In this document: in pieces, positions 1-8,148 of the stretch
Layout: every line of letters starts with the position of its first letter
How positions within the stretch are numbered: position 1 is the first letter of the stretch
IMG/VR virus record: IMGVR_UViG_3300026432_000013
Coordinates: 12,180-76,179 of that record
DNA length: 64,000 nucleotides
Reading direction: 5' to 3' (one strand)
From: a virus
Taxonomy: Duplodnaviria > Caudoviricetes
Made by a program: the position numbers and the translations under genes
Notes under the pieces: generated by a model
The model's input: only the letters and a program-made list of their open reading frames with translations
Databases searched by the model: none
Told to the model about the DNA's origin: nothing

Positions 1-254
1 ATAGAGAATTAGCAGTTATTATATCTATTTAGTACGAAAGGTTGGTGGTGGGGTAATTGGTGGTGAAGAGAGTATCTGATATACGAACGTCGATTACTAT
101 CTAAGACTGCCCCACGGGTTCTGGGGACGCTAGGCGTCCTAGTGCTGCCCCACGGACTGCTGGAATGCCTAGGCACTAGTGCTGCCTCTGCTGTATCAGG
201 CAGTGCATAAGCCCTGTCCTGCGCCACGCAAATGCTTGATGTTAATAGCCCGTG

Positions 255-430
255 TATATCGTATTATTCGTATATTAAGAGTATGCTGCCCCAAGGATAT
301 CGTGTTATTGTGATATAGTCCGTATATATCGTATTATTCGTATATTGAGAGTATGTGTTTTAGTATATTGTGTTTTGTGTATATATTAAGTGTGTAATAT
401 GCATATATCGTATTATTAGTATACTAAAAG
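255..430. repeat. Three direct repeats TATATCGTATTATT(C/A)GTATA next to an AT-rich tract
   Basis: Copies start at 255, 325 and 404; the first two match over 31 bp with 1 mismatch. Confidence 0.85.
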
Positions 431-617
431 GGAAATATATAAGAAAGAGAGAATATTAAAACATTATTATATATTTATATTAAAGATAAGGGTTGTGGTG
501 GGGGAACTGGTGGTGAAGCGATACCTCGCTCTTCTTTATATGAAGCAAGATTCTAGCTAACCCTCATAGAAACGTACAGGGCTAGGTTATAACCCCACTC
601 TAGGTAGGGAAACGTCC

Positions 618-646
618 TTGACTTTTACCCCAGTTCGTGGTAAACT
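618..646 (+). promoter_or_regulatory. Early sigma-A promoter
   Basis: TTGACT-17-TAAACT with extended TG; preceded by AACGTCC and followed by TTCAAG. Confidence 0.85.
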
Positions 647-742
647 TAGTTCAAGAGGAAGAGGGCACCACACCAGAGCAACACACGGACGGTACCCACG
701 ACCTACACAAAAAACTCAAGAGCGAAAAGGAGACTGATTAAG

Positions 743-1147
743 ATGGCTAAAAAACAACAAAAGGTAGACGCAGTGAAACACGTAGAGGAAAACGGCTTCC
801 CAGAGGTAGGGCACTTCACAGAGAAGAAAGACCTACAGAAGTTCTACAAACAACTTGATGATGTAGTACTAGGGGAGTGGATTGCTATCGAAGGACTAGA
901 GTTCAAACCTTGTGAGGACAGTGAGGCTATCAACCGCATGCGGATGTGTATGGCTATCCTTTACCTACACTTCCCTAAACAACCTTCTGCTAAGAAGAAA
1001 GCTAAGTACGCAGACTACACTATGGAACAGCTTATGAAGATGTGCCTAGACAACGACGTAGCAGTAGAGTACACTGAGAGTGAACAAATCATGCGTATGA
1101 GAACTATCATGGCGCTACGTGCAGCAGGTCACATCGAGAAAGCTTAG
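743..1147 (+). CDS. SPO1 gp44/gp50/gp51-family host-takeover protein
   Basis: FPEVGHF..KFYKQL..INRMRMCMAI..KKKAKYADYT..RMRTIMALRAAG matches the recalled SPO1 gp44 C-terminal region; SD AAAAGGAG. Confidence 0.85.
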   Translation: MAKKQQKVDAVKHVEENGFPEVGHFTEKKDLQKFYKQLDDVVLGEWIAIEGLEFKPCEDSEAINRMRMCMAILYLHFPKQPSAKKKAKYADYTMEQLMKMCLDNDVAVEYTESEQIMRMRTIMALRAAGHIEKA

Positions 1148-1215
1148 GGTTGCTAGGCTACCCCCTACGGGGGGTATCCCATGGAGCTAGTAAGCTACCT
1201 AGACTAAAGGAGTGG
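1145..1215 (+). promoter_or_regulatory. Structured intergenic RNA element, copy 1 (probable RNase III site plus SD)
   Basis: TTGCTAG-hairpin(CTACGG loop)-TGGA-..-ACCTAG-AAGGAGTGG; six copies in the window. Confidence 0.7.
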
Positions 1216-1220
1216 TTAGT

Positions 1221-1391
1221 GTGAACAACTTTTGGAAAGCTGTAAAGTCCCTAGAGGGTAAGACTGTGAGTAAGGTGTTAGAGGACGAGGTGAGTGGGGG
1301 TATCTGTATCAAGTGTACAGACGGCACTAGTGTGTCAGTATCTGTGGATGCAGAGGAGCTAGACCTACAAGCAGTAGTGAACGAGGACTGA
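1221..1391 (+). CDS. Small early protein (56 aa, GTG start; not in ORF track)
   Basis: MNNFWKAVKSLEGK..VVNED, directly after the AAGGAGTGG SD. Confidence 0.7.
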   Translation: MNNFWKAVKSLEGKTVSKVLEDEVSGGICIKCTDGTSVSVSVDAEELDLQAVVNED

Positions 1392-1461
1392 GTGTCTGCT
1401 AGTGCACACCCTACGGGGTGTGTATCCTGGAGCTACTTAGCTACCTAGACAAAAGGAGTGG
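1392..1461 (+). promoter_or_regulatory. Structured intergenic RNA element, copy 2
   Basis: CTGCTAG TGCACACCCTACGGGGTGTGTA TCCTGGAGCTACTTAGCTACCTAGAC AAAAGGAGTGG. Confidence 0.7.
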
Positions 1462-1466
1462 TAAGT

Positions 1467-1787
1467 GTGGGTAAAACTAAAACGTACGTACCTGAGTGGG
1501 TTATTCTGGAGGAGAACTCACCTAGTGAGATGCACTATTTCCGTATGGTAGGCAGTGATGCACGTGAGTACGAGGGCACTGAGAGTATCTGGGTGGTTAT
1601 CCTAGACCAAGTGCAGGAGGGAGAGTTCTGTGCCTCTATCGTGGCAGTGAACGACTCGTTAGTGGGCAGTGTAGTACCCCTGATGAGTACTGGAGTAGTG
1701 AGTGAGCAGAGTGCTAGGAACAACCTAGAGTACTTGATGCGGTACGCTCGTAAGGGTATCGTGAGTGTAGGAGGTGGTCTACTATGA
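1467..1787 (+). CDS. Hypothetical early protein
   Basis: ORF; GTG start reassigned to 1467 from SD spacing. Confidence 0.7.
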   Translation: MGKTKTYVPEWVILEENSPSEMHYFRMVGSDAREYEGTESIWVVILDQVQEGEFCASIVAVNDSLVGSVVPLMSTGVVSEQSARNNLEYLMRYARKGIVSVGGGLL

Positions 1788-1939
1788 AGACCGCAAGAAC
1801 GATTAAGCGTGTGCTAGTGGTAACGGGAGCGTGTACGCTCCTTTACCTAGCATGTAACCTAGTGTATACTGCATGCACATGGACGTATCCAGGAGTAGAC
1901 AAGCAGTTAGAAGCATATCAAGACACCTACAGTAAGTAG
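1784..1939 (+). CDS. Small single-TM early protein (51 aa; not in ORF track)
   Basis: ATGA overlap with the previous stop; SD GGAGGTGG; basic N-terminus then hydrophobic VLVVTGACTLLYLACNLVY. Confidence 0.65.
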   Translation: MKTARTIKRVLVVTGACTLLYLACNLVYTACTWTYPGVDKQLEAYQDTYSK

Positions 1940-1950
1940 GTGTCTATTTT
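1921..1950 (+). terminator. Intrinsic terminator
   Basis: AGACACCTAC-agtaa-GTAGGTGTCT followed by ATTTTT. Confidence 0.85.
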
Positions 1951-2325
1951 TGTGCGTTTGTGGGTGTAGGGCATCTTTTAGCCCGTTTTGGGGCTTTTGT
2001 GAGTGCAAAGGCTTTCGGGTTCAAACCTGCTTCAGAGAGAAATTTGGGTAGAAAACTAGTAGCTCAAAAATCCTGTTTGGTGTGTTGTTCGGTTGTGAAT
2101 TTCGTTTCAAAATCAGTCAGAACCATTTGTATATGAAAGAGAGAGAAGAGAGAAATTTGAGTATAAAAGATATATGAGCGAAGGGTTGTTGTTGGGTATA
2201 TTGGTGGGGAGAAAGTAATTGATAAGCGAACTCCGATTGCTTTATTTGAAAGGATTTTCTAGGTAACCCCCATAGAAAGCCCAACAGGGCTAAGGATACC
2301 GTCCATCCTATACCCGTGAACGTCC

Positions 2326-2354
2326 TTGAGTATTCCGCCCACCCGTGATATAAT
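2326..2354 (+). promoter_or_regulatory. Early sigma-A promoter
   Basis: TTGAGT-17-TATAAT with TG; AACGTCC upstream, TTCAAG downstream. Confidence 0.9.
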
Positions 2355-2422
2355 TTATTCAAGGGGGGGCGGGGTTACCGCCCACTACCAAAATCGCCCA
2401 CGAGGGCTAGGAGGAATATGAT

Positions 2423-2830
2423 ATGAGTAAAAAAGTGAATATCAACGGTAAAGTAGACGCTATGGAATGGATTACTACGAATAATGGGTATCCTGAGGTA
2501 GGTATCTTCGAGGATAAGAAATGGCTACAAAAATTCTATAAGCAACTTCCTGTAGAGGTATTAGAGGATTGGTGTAGCGTAGAAGGATTGGAGTATAAGC
2601 CTAATGATAATGAACAGATTCATAGAATGAGAGTATGTATGGCTATCCTATACTTCCACTATCCTAAGGAGCCATCTACTAAGAAGAAAGCTAAATATGC
2701 AGACTATACTATGGAGGCACTTATGACACTATGCCTAGATAATGATATAGCTGTAGAATATACAGATAGTGAGCAGATTATGAGAATGCGTACTATTATG
2801 GCACTACGTGCAGCTGGTAAGATTCAGTAA
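2423..2830 (+). CDS. gp44/gp50/gp51-family paralogue
   Basis: Close alignment by eye with 743..1147 (YPEVGIF..KFYKQL..AKYADYTME..IMRMRTIMALRAAG). Confidence 0.85.
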   Translation: MSKKVNINGKVDAMEWITTNNGYPEVGIFEDKKWLQKFYKQLPVEVLEDWCSVEGLEYKPNDNEQIHRMRVCMAILYFHYPKEPSTKKKAKYADYTMEALMTLCLDNDIAVEYTDSEQIMRMRTIMALRAAGKIQ

Positions 2831-2898
2831 GTTGCTAGTACTCCCTCTACGGAGGGGGTATCATGGAACCTATTGGTTACCTAGTATAGAAGGAGTGG
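2828..2898 (+). promoter_or_regulatory. Structured intergenic RNA element, copy 3
   Basis: TTGCTAG..CTACGG hairpin..ATGGAACCTATTGGTTACCTAG..AAGGAGTGG. Confidence 0.7.
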
Positions 2899-2903
2899 TA
2901 AGT

Positions 2904-3152
2904 ATGTGTGAAGTATTTGTACCTATTAGTGAGTCCGATAGAGAGTGGCTACGTGAGTATCTGCGTGAGGTGTGTGTGATACATGATACCGTTACTGAGT
3001 ACCGTGTATTATATACTCCAGGTGTAGGCACTGAGATAGAGTTGTATGGGTGTGTAGATGCAGAATCCTTCTACGTGAGTGATATAGACGGTGTAGAGTA
3101 TTGGAGTAGATATCTGCGTGAGAAGGGCTTCCCTAGATATATGTATGAGTAA
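2904..3152 (+). CDS. Hypothetical early protein
   Basis: ATG at 2904 after the SD; followed by a terminator. Confidence 0.7.
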   Translation: MCEVFVPISESDREWLREYLREVCVIHDTVTEYRVLYTPGVGTEIELYGCVDAESFYVSDIDGVEYWSRYLREKGFPRYMYE

Positions 3153-3158
3153 GTGTGT

Positions 3159-3188
3159 AACCCTAGTACCGTGTGTACTAGGGTTTTT
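3159..3188 (+). terminator. Intrinsic terminator
   Basis: AACCCTAGTAC-cgtgt-GTACTAGGGTT then TTT. Confidence 0.85.
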
Positions 3189-3426
3189 CTATGCCCTTTT
3201 CTGCTTCTATGTGAGTTGTATATCAACTCTGTAAGTCGATTTCTCTCAAAGGTGAAAGGGTTCAAAGATTGAAGCAGGAGAAATTCGAGTAAGTGAGTGT
3301 TAGAACTTTCAATAGGCGAAAGGTTGGTGGAGGGGATGAATGGTGGGAAGAGTTTCTGATGAGCGAACCGAATTGCTTTAATAGGAAGTGAGTTTGTAGG
3401 TACTCCCCATAGAAACGAGCATAAGA

Positions 3427-3458
3427 ACACCCTACATACGTTTGTGTATGTAGGGTGT
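3427..3458 (-). terminator. 13-bp perfect hairpin ending the minus-strand early operon
   Basis: ACACCCTACATAC-gtttgt-GTATGTAGGGTGT, just beyond the stop at 3465; U-tract is poor. Confidence 0.6.
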
Positions 3459-3464
3459 ATATAG

Positions 3465-3686
3465 TCATAAGTACTTATCATCCTCTGTATACCAGCCAGT
3501 ATCAAAGTGGTAGCCTACCCGTTTGGGTATGGTGTGGTTAGCTATCTCCTCTAGAGTGAGTGCTACTATAGCATCTATATCCTCCTGGCTACAGTCTGAT
3601 GCGTATATATTCTCGTTCTCTATAGCCTTGTTTATCTCTGCTACTACCTGCTCCTGTATAAGCTTTCTTAGGGTATCCTGCTTCAT
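3465..3686 (-). CDS. Hypothetical early protein
   Basis: ORF with SD GAGGAGG. Confidence 0.7.
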   Translation of the reverse strand: MKQDTLRKLIQEQVVAEINKAIENENIYASDCSQEDIDAIVALTLEEIANHTIPKRVGYHFDTGWYTEDDKYL

Positions 3687-3687
3687 A

Positions 3688-3918
3688 CTAGCAGTCCTCC
3701 TCTATATCGAATCTATTATTTACATTAGGTGTAATGATAGCTTCATGCAAGTCTCCTAGGATATTATCTGCTATAGCATTAATGTCACTATAGGTATAAC
3801 CTACAGTGTCGTATCCTATCTTTTCCATACTAGCATTATGCGCTTCTATATTTAGCTTAATCTCATTACATAGCCATGTTCTTACTACTGTTGGTATATC
3901 TTTATATGGTTGACTCAT
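3688..3918 (-). CDS. Hypothetical early protein
   Basis: ORF directly after RNA element copy 4. Confidence 0.7.
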   Translation of the reverse strand: MSQPYKDIPTVVRTWLCNEIKLNIEAHNASMEKIGYDTVGYTYSDINAIADNILGDLHEAIITPNVNNRFDIEEDC

Positions 3919-3923
3919 ATTAA

Positions 3924-3995
3924 CTCTCTCCTTTTATCTGTGAGTATAGGTATTCCAGAGATAGCCCTGCGTACAAGGCTACCTAGCAATCTCTA
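3924..3995 (-). promoter_or_regulatory. Structured intergenic RNA element, copy 4 (divergent)
   Basis: Minus strand TTGCTAGGTAGCCTTGTACGCAGGGCTATCTCTGGA..AAAAGGAGAG. Confidence 0.6.
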
Positions 3996-4289
3996 TACGT
4001 GAGTAGTGCATCCTAGGAACACTTTAGTTGGTAAGTACAGGATAGTATTAGGGTCGTCTACATATACAAAGCGTACCCAGACACTGTCCCTAGGGTTAGT
4101 ATACTCTACTTGAGCGAATAGTGCTTGGAAGTCCTCTGGTACCTCTCTGTACCTAGAGATGCCTAGCACCTTAACCGCTCCCTGCTCCATATCTTGTAGC
4201 CCATTAGCGAATGTAGGGTATAAATTCCACCAGCTATCTGGCTTTACCTCTATAGTGATGTGTGCATCTGCATTACCTAATTCGTGCAT
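3993..4289 (-). CDS. Hypothetical early protein, probable paralogue of 5462..5779
   Basis: Shared WV.F.Y.D..Y.P..F pattern. Confidence 0.7.
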   Translation of the reverse strand: MHELGNADAHITIEVKPDSWWNLYPTFANGLQDMEQGAVKVLGISRYREVPEDFQALFAQVEYTNPRDSVWVRFVYVDDPNTILYLPTKVFLGCTTHV

Positions 4290-4329
4290 ATTAACCTCTC
4301 CCTTATATGTAATACTAGGGGCTATGCCC

Positions 4330-4704
4330 CTAGCTGATATAGTATACCTGAACCTCTACTCCGTTGGCTAGGGTACGCTGGTAGCAGCCTATGTGGACTA
4401 CTACACAGTCCTCTAGCCCACAGTGGCACTCTATCTGCTTCTCTAGGTGCTCCATACTAACGCACCCTGTCATCCAGTTCTCCTCTACCTCACTATGGTC
4501 TAGAGTATCTGCATAGTGGTGCAGGTAGTGTGCCGTGGTTAGGATAGTATCCTCATCTCTATTTTTACTATCCAGAATATGGTACTCTCTGTCATACTGG
4601 ATAGTAGTTACCTCTGCTTCTAGCCCATCGTTGAGCCTAATAGCCTTTACTGCCTCATCTACGTGTCCTACAGGAATATCGTGGCTACCGTATACAATAA
4701 TCAT
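4330..4704 (-). CDS. Hypothetical early protein
   Basis: ORF coupled to the upstream Zn-finger ORF. Confidence 0.65.
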   Translation of the reverse strand: MIIVYGSHDIPVGHVDEAVKAIRLNDGLEAEVTTIQYDREYHILDSKNRDEDTILTTAHYLHHYADTLDHSEVEENWMTGCVSMEHLEKQIECHCGLEDCVVVHIGCYQRTLANGVEVQVYYIS

Positions 4705-4889
4705 TGCATATCCTCCCCTATCATAATGTCTTCCTTACAGCTAGGGCAGATATGGATAGTACCAGGCTCCTGTAGAGCGATACTAGATATCATATCCATT
4801 GTATACGTTTCCCCTAGGAACGCCTCAGCAGTTGCCTTATCCCAATCCTCTACACTACTCTCTACTCCACAGTGTACACATTCTACCAT
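4701..4889 (-). CDS. Small CxxC..CxxC zinc-finger early protein
   Basis: CVHC..CPSC; SD GGAGGAG. Confidence 0.7.
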   Translation of the reverse strand: MVECVHCGVESSVEDWDKATAEAFLGETYTMDMISSIALQEPGTIHICPSCKEDIMIGEDMQ

Positions 4890-4939
4890 TACTATCTCCT
4901 CCTAGTCTCTAGTAGGAGCACCCCTGCTCCCTTGAAGAA

Positions 4940-4968
4940 ATTATACCACGGAGCAGGGGAAAGTTCAA
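4940..4968 (-). promoter_or_regulatory. Early sigma-A promoter
   Basis: Minus strand AACGTCC TTGAAC-17-TATAAT TTCTTCAAG. Confidence 0.9.
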
Positions 4969-4988
4969 GGACGTTCCCCTACCCTAGA

Positions 4989-5387
4989 CTATCTAGGATT
5001 TCTCACATAAGGGTTATCTATAAACAATAGGTAGATATCTTTATCATTCTGCTTACGTATGATAGCTCTATTATCATCTCCCATACGTTCTACCTTATTA
5101 ACTTCCCATACACTATACTCCTCATACAGACGCTTACCAGAGATATCCTTACCCTGCCATACATCCTCTTGTAGCATAGCCCCTGTAGGTATCACTACGT
5201 TTATAAGGTCTTCTACCCAGTCGTCTGGATATGTCTCAGGTAGAGCCAATAGGTTAAACTGCTCCCCATCCTCTACAAACTTAGTTAGACCCATACCCAT
5301 AGCACGCTTTACAAACTCTGCTACCTCTGTAGCTGTAGCACGCTCGCTATATAAGTACGCTACTGGTGTCATTTTCTTACTTAACAT
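4989..5387 (-). CDS. Hypothetical early protein
   Basis: ATG after the SD of RNA element copy 5. Confidence 0.7.
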   Translation of the reverse strand: MLSKKMTPVAYLYSERATATEVAEFVKRAMGMGLTKFVEDGEQFNLLALPETYPDDWVEDLINVVIPTGAMLQEDVWQGKDISGKRLYEEYSVWEVNKVERMGDDNRAIIRKQNDKDIYLLFIDNPYVRNPR

Positions 5388-5392
5388 ATATA

Positions 5393-5464
5393 CCACTCCT
5401 TTTTATCTAGGTAGCTATTTAGCTCCATAAGGAAGGCGATAGTATCGCCTGCCCTAGCAACCTA
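5393..5464 (-). promoter_or_regulatory. Structured intergenic RNA element, copy 5
   Basis: UAGGUUGCUA/UAGCUACCUA lower stem (9 of 10 pairs), internal loop, upper stem, SD. Confidence 0.75.
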
Positions 5465-5779
5465 TAGCTGACTCATATGGTCTGCAAACTCGTCTACAGG
5501 GAAGTACTCATAGTGGTCATCGTCCTCACGCTGCTTAGGGTCTGTATACTGGAACGCTACCCACTGCCAGTTTTGTACATCACTAGGGTCGTCTTGGAAC
5601 TGCTCCCATGCATACAGGTCGACATACTTAGGTAGCTGAGATGTAGGTACAATCTTCATAATCTCTACCTCACCACTATCTAGCCCTAGGTATCCGTAGC
5701 TAGTATTGATACGGCACACCTTACCTATCTTAATAGTTCTTTCTACATTCACCGTAATAGATGTTAATCTAGTACCCAT
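5462..5779 (-). CDS. Hypothetical early protein
   Basis: Start reassigned to MGTRL (SD AAAAGGAGAG). Confidence 0.7.
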   Translation of the reverse strand: MGTRLTSITVNVERTIKIGKVCRINTSYGYLGLDSGEVEIMKIVPTSQLPKYVDLYAWEQFQDDPSDVQNWQWVAFQYTDPKQREDDDHYEYFPVDEFADHMSQL

Positions 5780-5839
5780 GTCTATCTCTCCTTTTATCCT
5801 CGATATTCGTTTGGTGGGTTGCCCCGCCTCCGTACTCAA

Positions 5840-5868
5840 ATTATCCCACGGACGGAGGAAAATCTCAA
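5840..5868 (-). promoter_or_regulatory. Early sigma-A promoter
   Basis: AACGTCC TTGAGA-17-GATAAT with TG. Confidence 0.85.
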
Positions 5869-5970
5869 GGACGTTGGCTACTGGTATCCTAGTTACGGGG
5901 TGTCCCTATAGCGTGGGAGTATTTTATTTGAAGTGATTTTCTACCTACCCTCCATAGAGATGTCTAGGCA

Positions 5971-5993
5971 TAAAAATAGCCCCTATTAGGGGC
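5971..5993 (-). terminator. Intrinsic terminator
   Basis: GCCCCTAATAGGGGC followed by TATTTTT. Confidence 0.75.
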
Positions 5994-5997
5994 GGTA

Positions 5998-6339
5998 TTA
6001 GTCTAGGTTATAGGTACCAGGTCTACAGAAGTAGTACCATGCTTCATAGTAATAGGATAGGTTATCATGGGTACGATTCATTAAGGCTAGCCCTGTAAAG
6101 TGATGCTGATAGAAGTCTAGCCACTCACTATGGTAGTGCTCTAGGCAGTCTAGTAATATCTTAGCGCTATCTTTAGTTAGCATATCCTGTACATTAAACT
6201 CATCTAGTATATTAGTACACTCAGCCATAGTAATAGAGTGACTACAGTGCTCACGCTTAATATCATTGATACGCTCTTGTATAAATCCAATAGTCCATTC
6301 CATTACTTCTTCTCTAGTATATAATTCTTTCTTAGCCAT
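5998..6339 (-). CDS. Hypothetical early protein
   Basis: ORF with SD AAGGGAG. Confidence 0.7.
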   Translation of the reverse strand: MAKKELYTREEVMEWTIGFIQERINDIKREHCSHSITMAECTNILDEFNVQDMLTKDSAKILLDCLEHYHSEWLDFYQHHFTGLALMNRTHDNLSYYYEAWYYFCRPGTYNLD

Positions 6340-6359
6340 TTATATCCGCTCCCTTAGTA

Positions 6360-6563
6360 TTAGAATTCACTACTATGCTTATATCCATTACCTCTTTGTA
6401 TTACCTTGTATGCGCTCTTATCATATATGTTATCCCCTGTATAGGTAGCTAATGCGTAATCAGTGAGTGCCATATTCTTTATAAACCGTCTCATAGCAGA
6501 CATAGACTGGTATGTCTTATGACCCTTTAACCCATCTTGTGAGTACTCTACGTTTAGTGGCAT
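6360..6563 (-). CDS. Hypothetical early protein
   Basis: ORF abutting the upstream gene. Confidence 0.6.
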   Translation of the reverse strand: MPLNVEYSQDGLKGHKTYQSMSAMRRFIKNMALTDYALATYTGDNIYDKSAYKVIQRGNGYKHSSEF

Positions 6564-6884
6564 CTATGCCACCACCAGTACGTGTAGGAACTCTACATCA
6601 ATATATTGTTCCTTAGACACTGTTACCGTAATACCATGAGTACACACTATGCAGGATGTAGTAGTAAGTGGCAGGTCATCTAGAGCAGGTATCTCATTCA
6701 TATGATCAGCATGTGCCCACATAGTAGTGGCATGCTCATTAGATATTGAAGCAGGTGCTAGGTACATATCACCCTCTATATTGTGCCACTCTGCTTCCTG
6801 TATACCTAGCCTTAGGGCTAGTTCGTCCATTACCTCAGTAGGTATAAGCGTGTTATTAACAAGTACCTTAGTCATATTATGCAC
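6564..6884 (-). CDS. Hypothetical early protein
   Basis: ORF overlapping the upstream stop. Confidence 0.6.
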   Translation of the reverse strand: MHNMTKVLVNNTLIPTEVMDELALRLGIQEAEWHNIEGDMYLAPASISNEHATTMWAHADHMNEIPALDDLPLTTTSCIVCTHGITVTVSKEQYIDVEFLHVLVVA

Positions 6885-7143
6885 CCCACTTTATGATATG
6901 TTTGATAGTACCTGTAGTCTGGTTATCTATTTCCGCTGCATATACTCCAGTACCAAAGTCTAAGCCTTGGTCTACCTGCTCCTTAACAGTGCTCCAGCCT
7001 GTAGCAGTCTTAGTAACCTTATTCCACACACCATCGAAAGTATTAGGGCACTTAGGGTCATCGCTATCTACCAACCTACCCTCTTTATCTACAATCACAC
7101 TATCTCCATCAGTGAATAGTATACAGTAATCTTGGCTATACAT
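6877..7143 (-). CDS. Hypothetical early protein
   Basis: ATG after the SD of RNA element copy 6. Confidence 0.7.
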   Translation of the reverse strand: MYSQDYCILFTDGDSVIVDKEGRLVDSDDPKCPNTFDGVWNKVTKTATGWSTVKEQVDQGLDFGTGVYAAEIDNQTTGTIKHIIKWGA

Positions 7144-7148
7144 ATTAA

Positions 7149-7222
7149 CCACTCCTTTTATCTAGGTAACATATAATGTTCCAGTGCTACAGCCCCCGTA
7201 GGGGCTATGCTAGCAACACCTA
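7149..7222 (-). promoter_or_regulatory. Structured intergenic RNA element, copy 6
   Basis: TTGCTAGCATAGCCCCTACGGGGGCTGTAGCACTGGAACATTATATGTTACCTAGATAAAAGGAGTGG. Confidence 0.7.
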
Positions 7223-8050
7223 TGCTAAGATACCAGCTTGCTTTAGAGCCATGATAGTGTACATGCGTAGGATGTTCTCATTACCCTTACCATCTCTTAC
7301 CTCGATATCGTTATCGATAGCCATCTCTAGTAGCTCTTCTGTAGTAAGGTGACCATACTTAGCTTTCTTCTTACTACCAGACTTCTTAGGGAAGTGGTGG
7401 TTACTGATAGCCATGCACGCTCTCATACGATTGATACCAGGGTTATCGTTAGTCTTCCACTCTAAGCCTTCAATATCAGCCCACTCTGTAATCTGCTCCA
7501 TAGATAGGCGCTTGTAGAACTTCTTAATATCCTCTACAGATTCAAAGTGTCCTACTTCAGGGTACTCAATCTCCTGACCTGCTAGGTCTTCCTTAACCTT
7601 AGGAGCTTTAGCCTTAGGCTCTGGCTGTTTTAGTTTCTTAGCCATAGCTCTCCAGTCAGCTACCTCTTCTTTAGGCTCTTCTTCTACAGGAGCAGGTACT
7701 TCCTCTTCAGTATGTACCTCTGGCTCAGTACCATCTCCTAAGTCTTCCTCTTCTAGTTCTGGCTCAATACCGTCACTACCATCGTTTACTCCTACCTCCT
7801 GCTCTTCCTCTACCTGCTCTAGCTTACCGCTCTCTGGAGCGTCTCCTACCATAACGATTTCTAGCTTACCTTCCTCTACTGCTGCTTCTACTAGAGTGTC
7901 GTTACCTGCTTCTTCTACTACATCCTCGATAACCTCTACGCCTTCGTACTCACCAGCTAAAATACCTTTCTTAGTAACCTTTACTCCTAAGATTGCTCCT
8001 ACTTCCTTAACTGTTGTTACTGTTTCCTCACCGTTTACTAGATATGCCAT
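7220..8050 (-). CDS. SPO1 gp44 (E3) homologue, acidic RNA-polymerase-binding host shutoff protein
   Basis: MAYLVNGEE.. N-terminus, long acidic linker, EIEYPEVGHF..INRMR..AIDNDIEVRDGKGNENILRMYTIMAL, as recalled for gp44; start at 8050 from SD. Confidence 0.9.
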   Translation of the reverse strand: MAYLVNGEETVTTVKEVGAILGVKVTKKGILAGEYEGVEVIEDVVEEAGNDTLVEAAVEEGKLEIVMVGDAPESGKLEQVEEEQEVGVNDGSDGIEPELEEEDLGDGTEPEVHTEEEVPAPVEEEPKEEVADWRAMAKKLKQPEPKAKAPKVKEDLAGQEIEYPEVGHFESVEDIKKFYKRLSMEQITEWADIEGLEWKTNDNPGINRMRACMAISNHHFPKKSGSKKKAKYGHLTTEELLEMAIDNDIEVRDGKGNENILRMYTIMALKQAGILA

Positions 8051-8119
8051 AATTATCGTCTCCTTTATTCTCTGATAGTCGGAAGGTGCTCTGCTGTAGT
8101 GCCCCTCTCGCTTGAACAA

Positions 8120-8148
8120 ATTATGTCATGACTGTTCGAGGAAGTCAA
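8120..8148 (-). promoter_or_regulatory. Early sigma-A promoter
   Basis: AACGTCC TTGACT-17-CATAAT TTGTTCAAG. Confidence 0.9.

Noticed and set aside
255-430. CRISPR or mini-array
   Set aside because: Only three degenerate, non-palindromic repeats with related intervening sequence; no cas genes.
35-3368. G-quadruplex role of the GGTTGGTGG boxes
   Set aside because: Mostly GG tracts with irregular spacing; cannot be supported from sequence alone.
1145-7222. Self-cleaving ribozyme identity for the six-copy RNA element
   Set aside because: No hammerhead core (CUGANGA/GAAA) or other ribozyme core recognised; the RNase III site explanation fits better.
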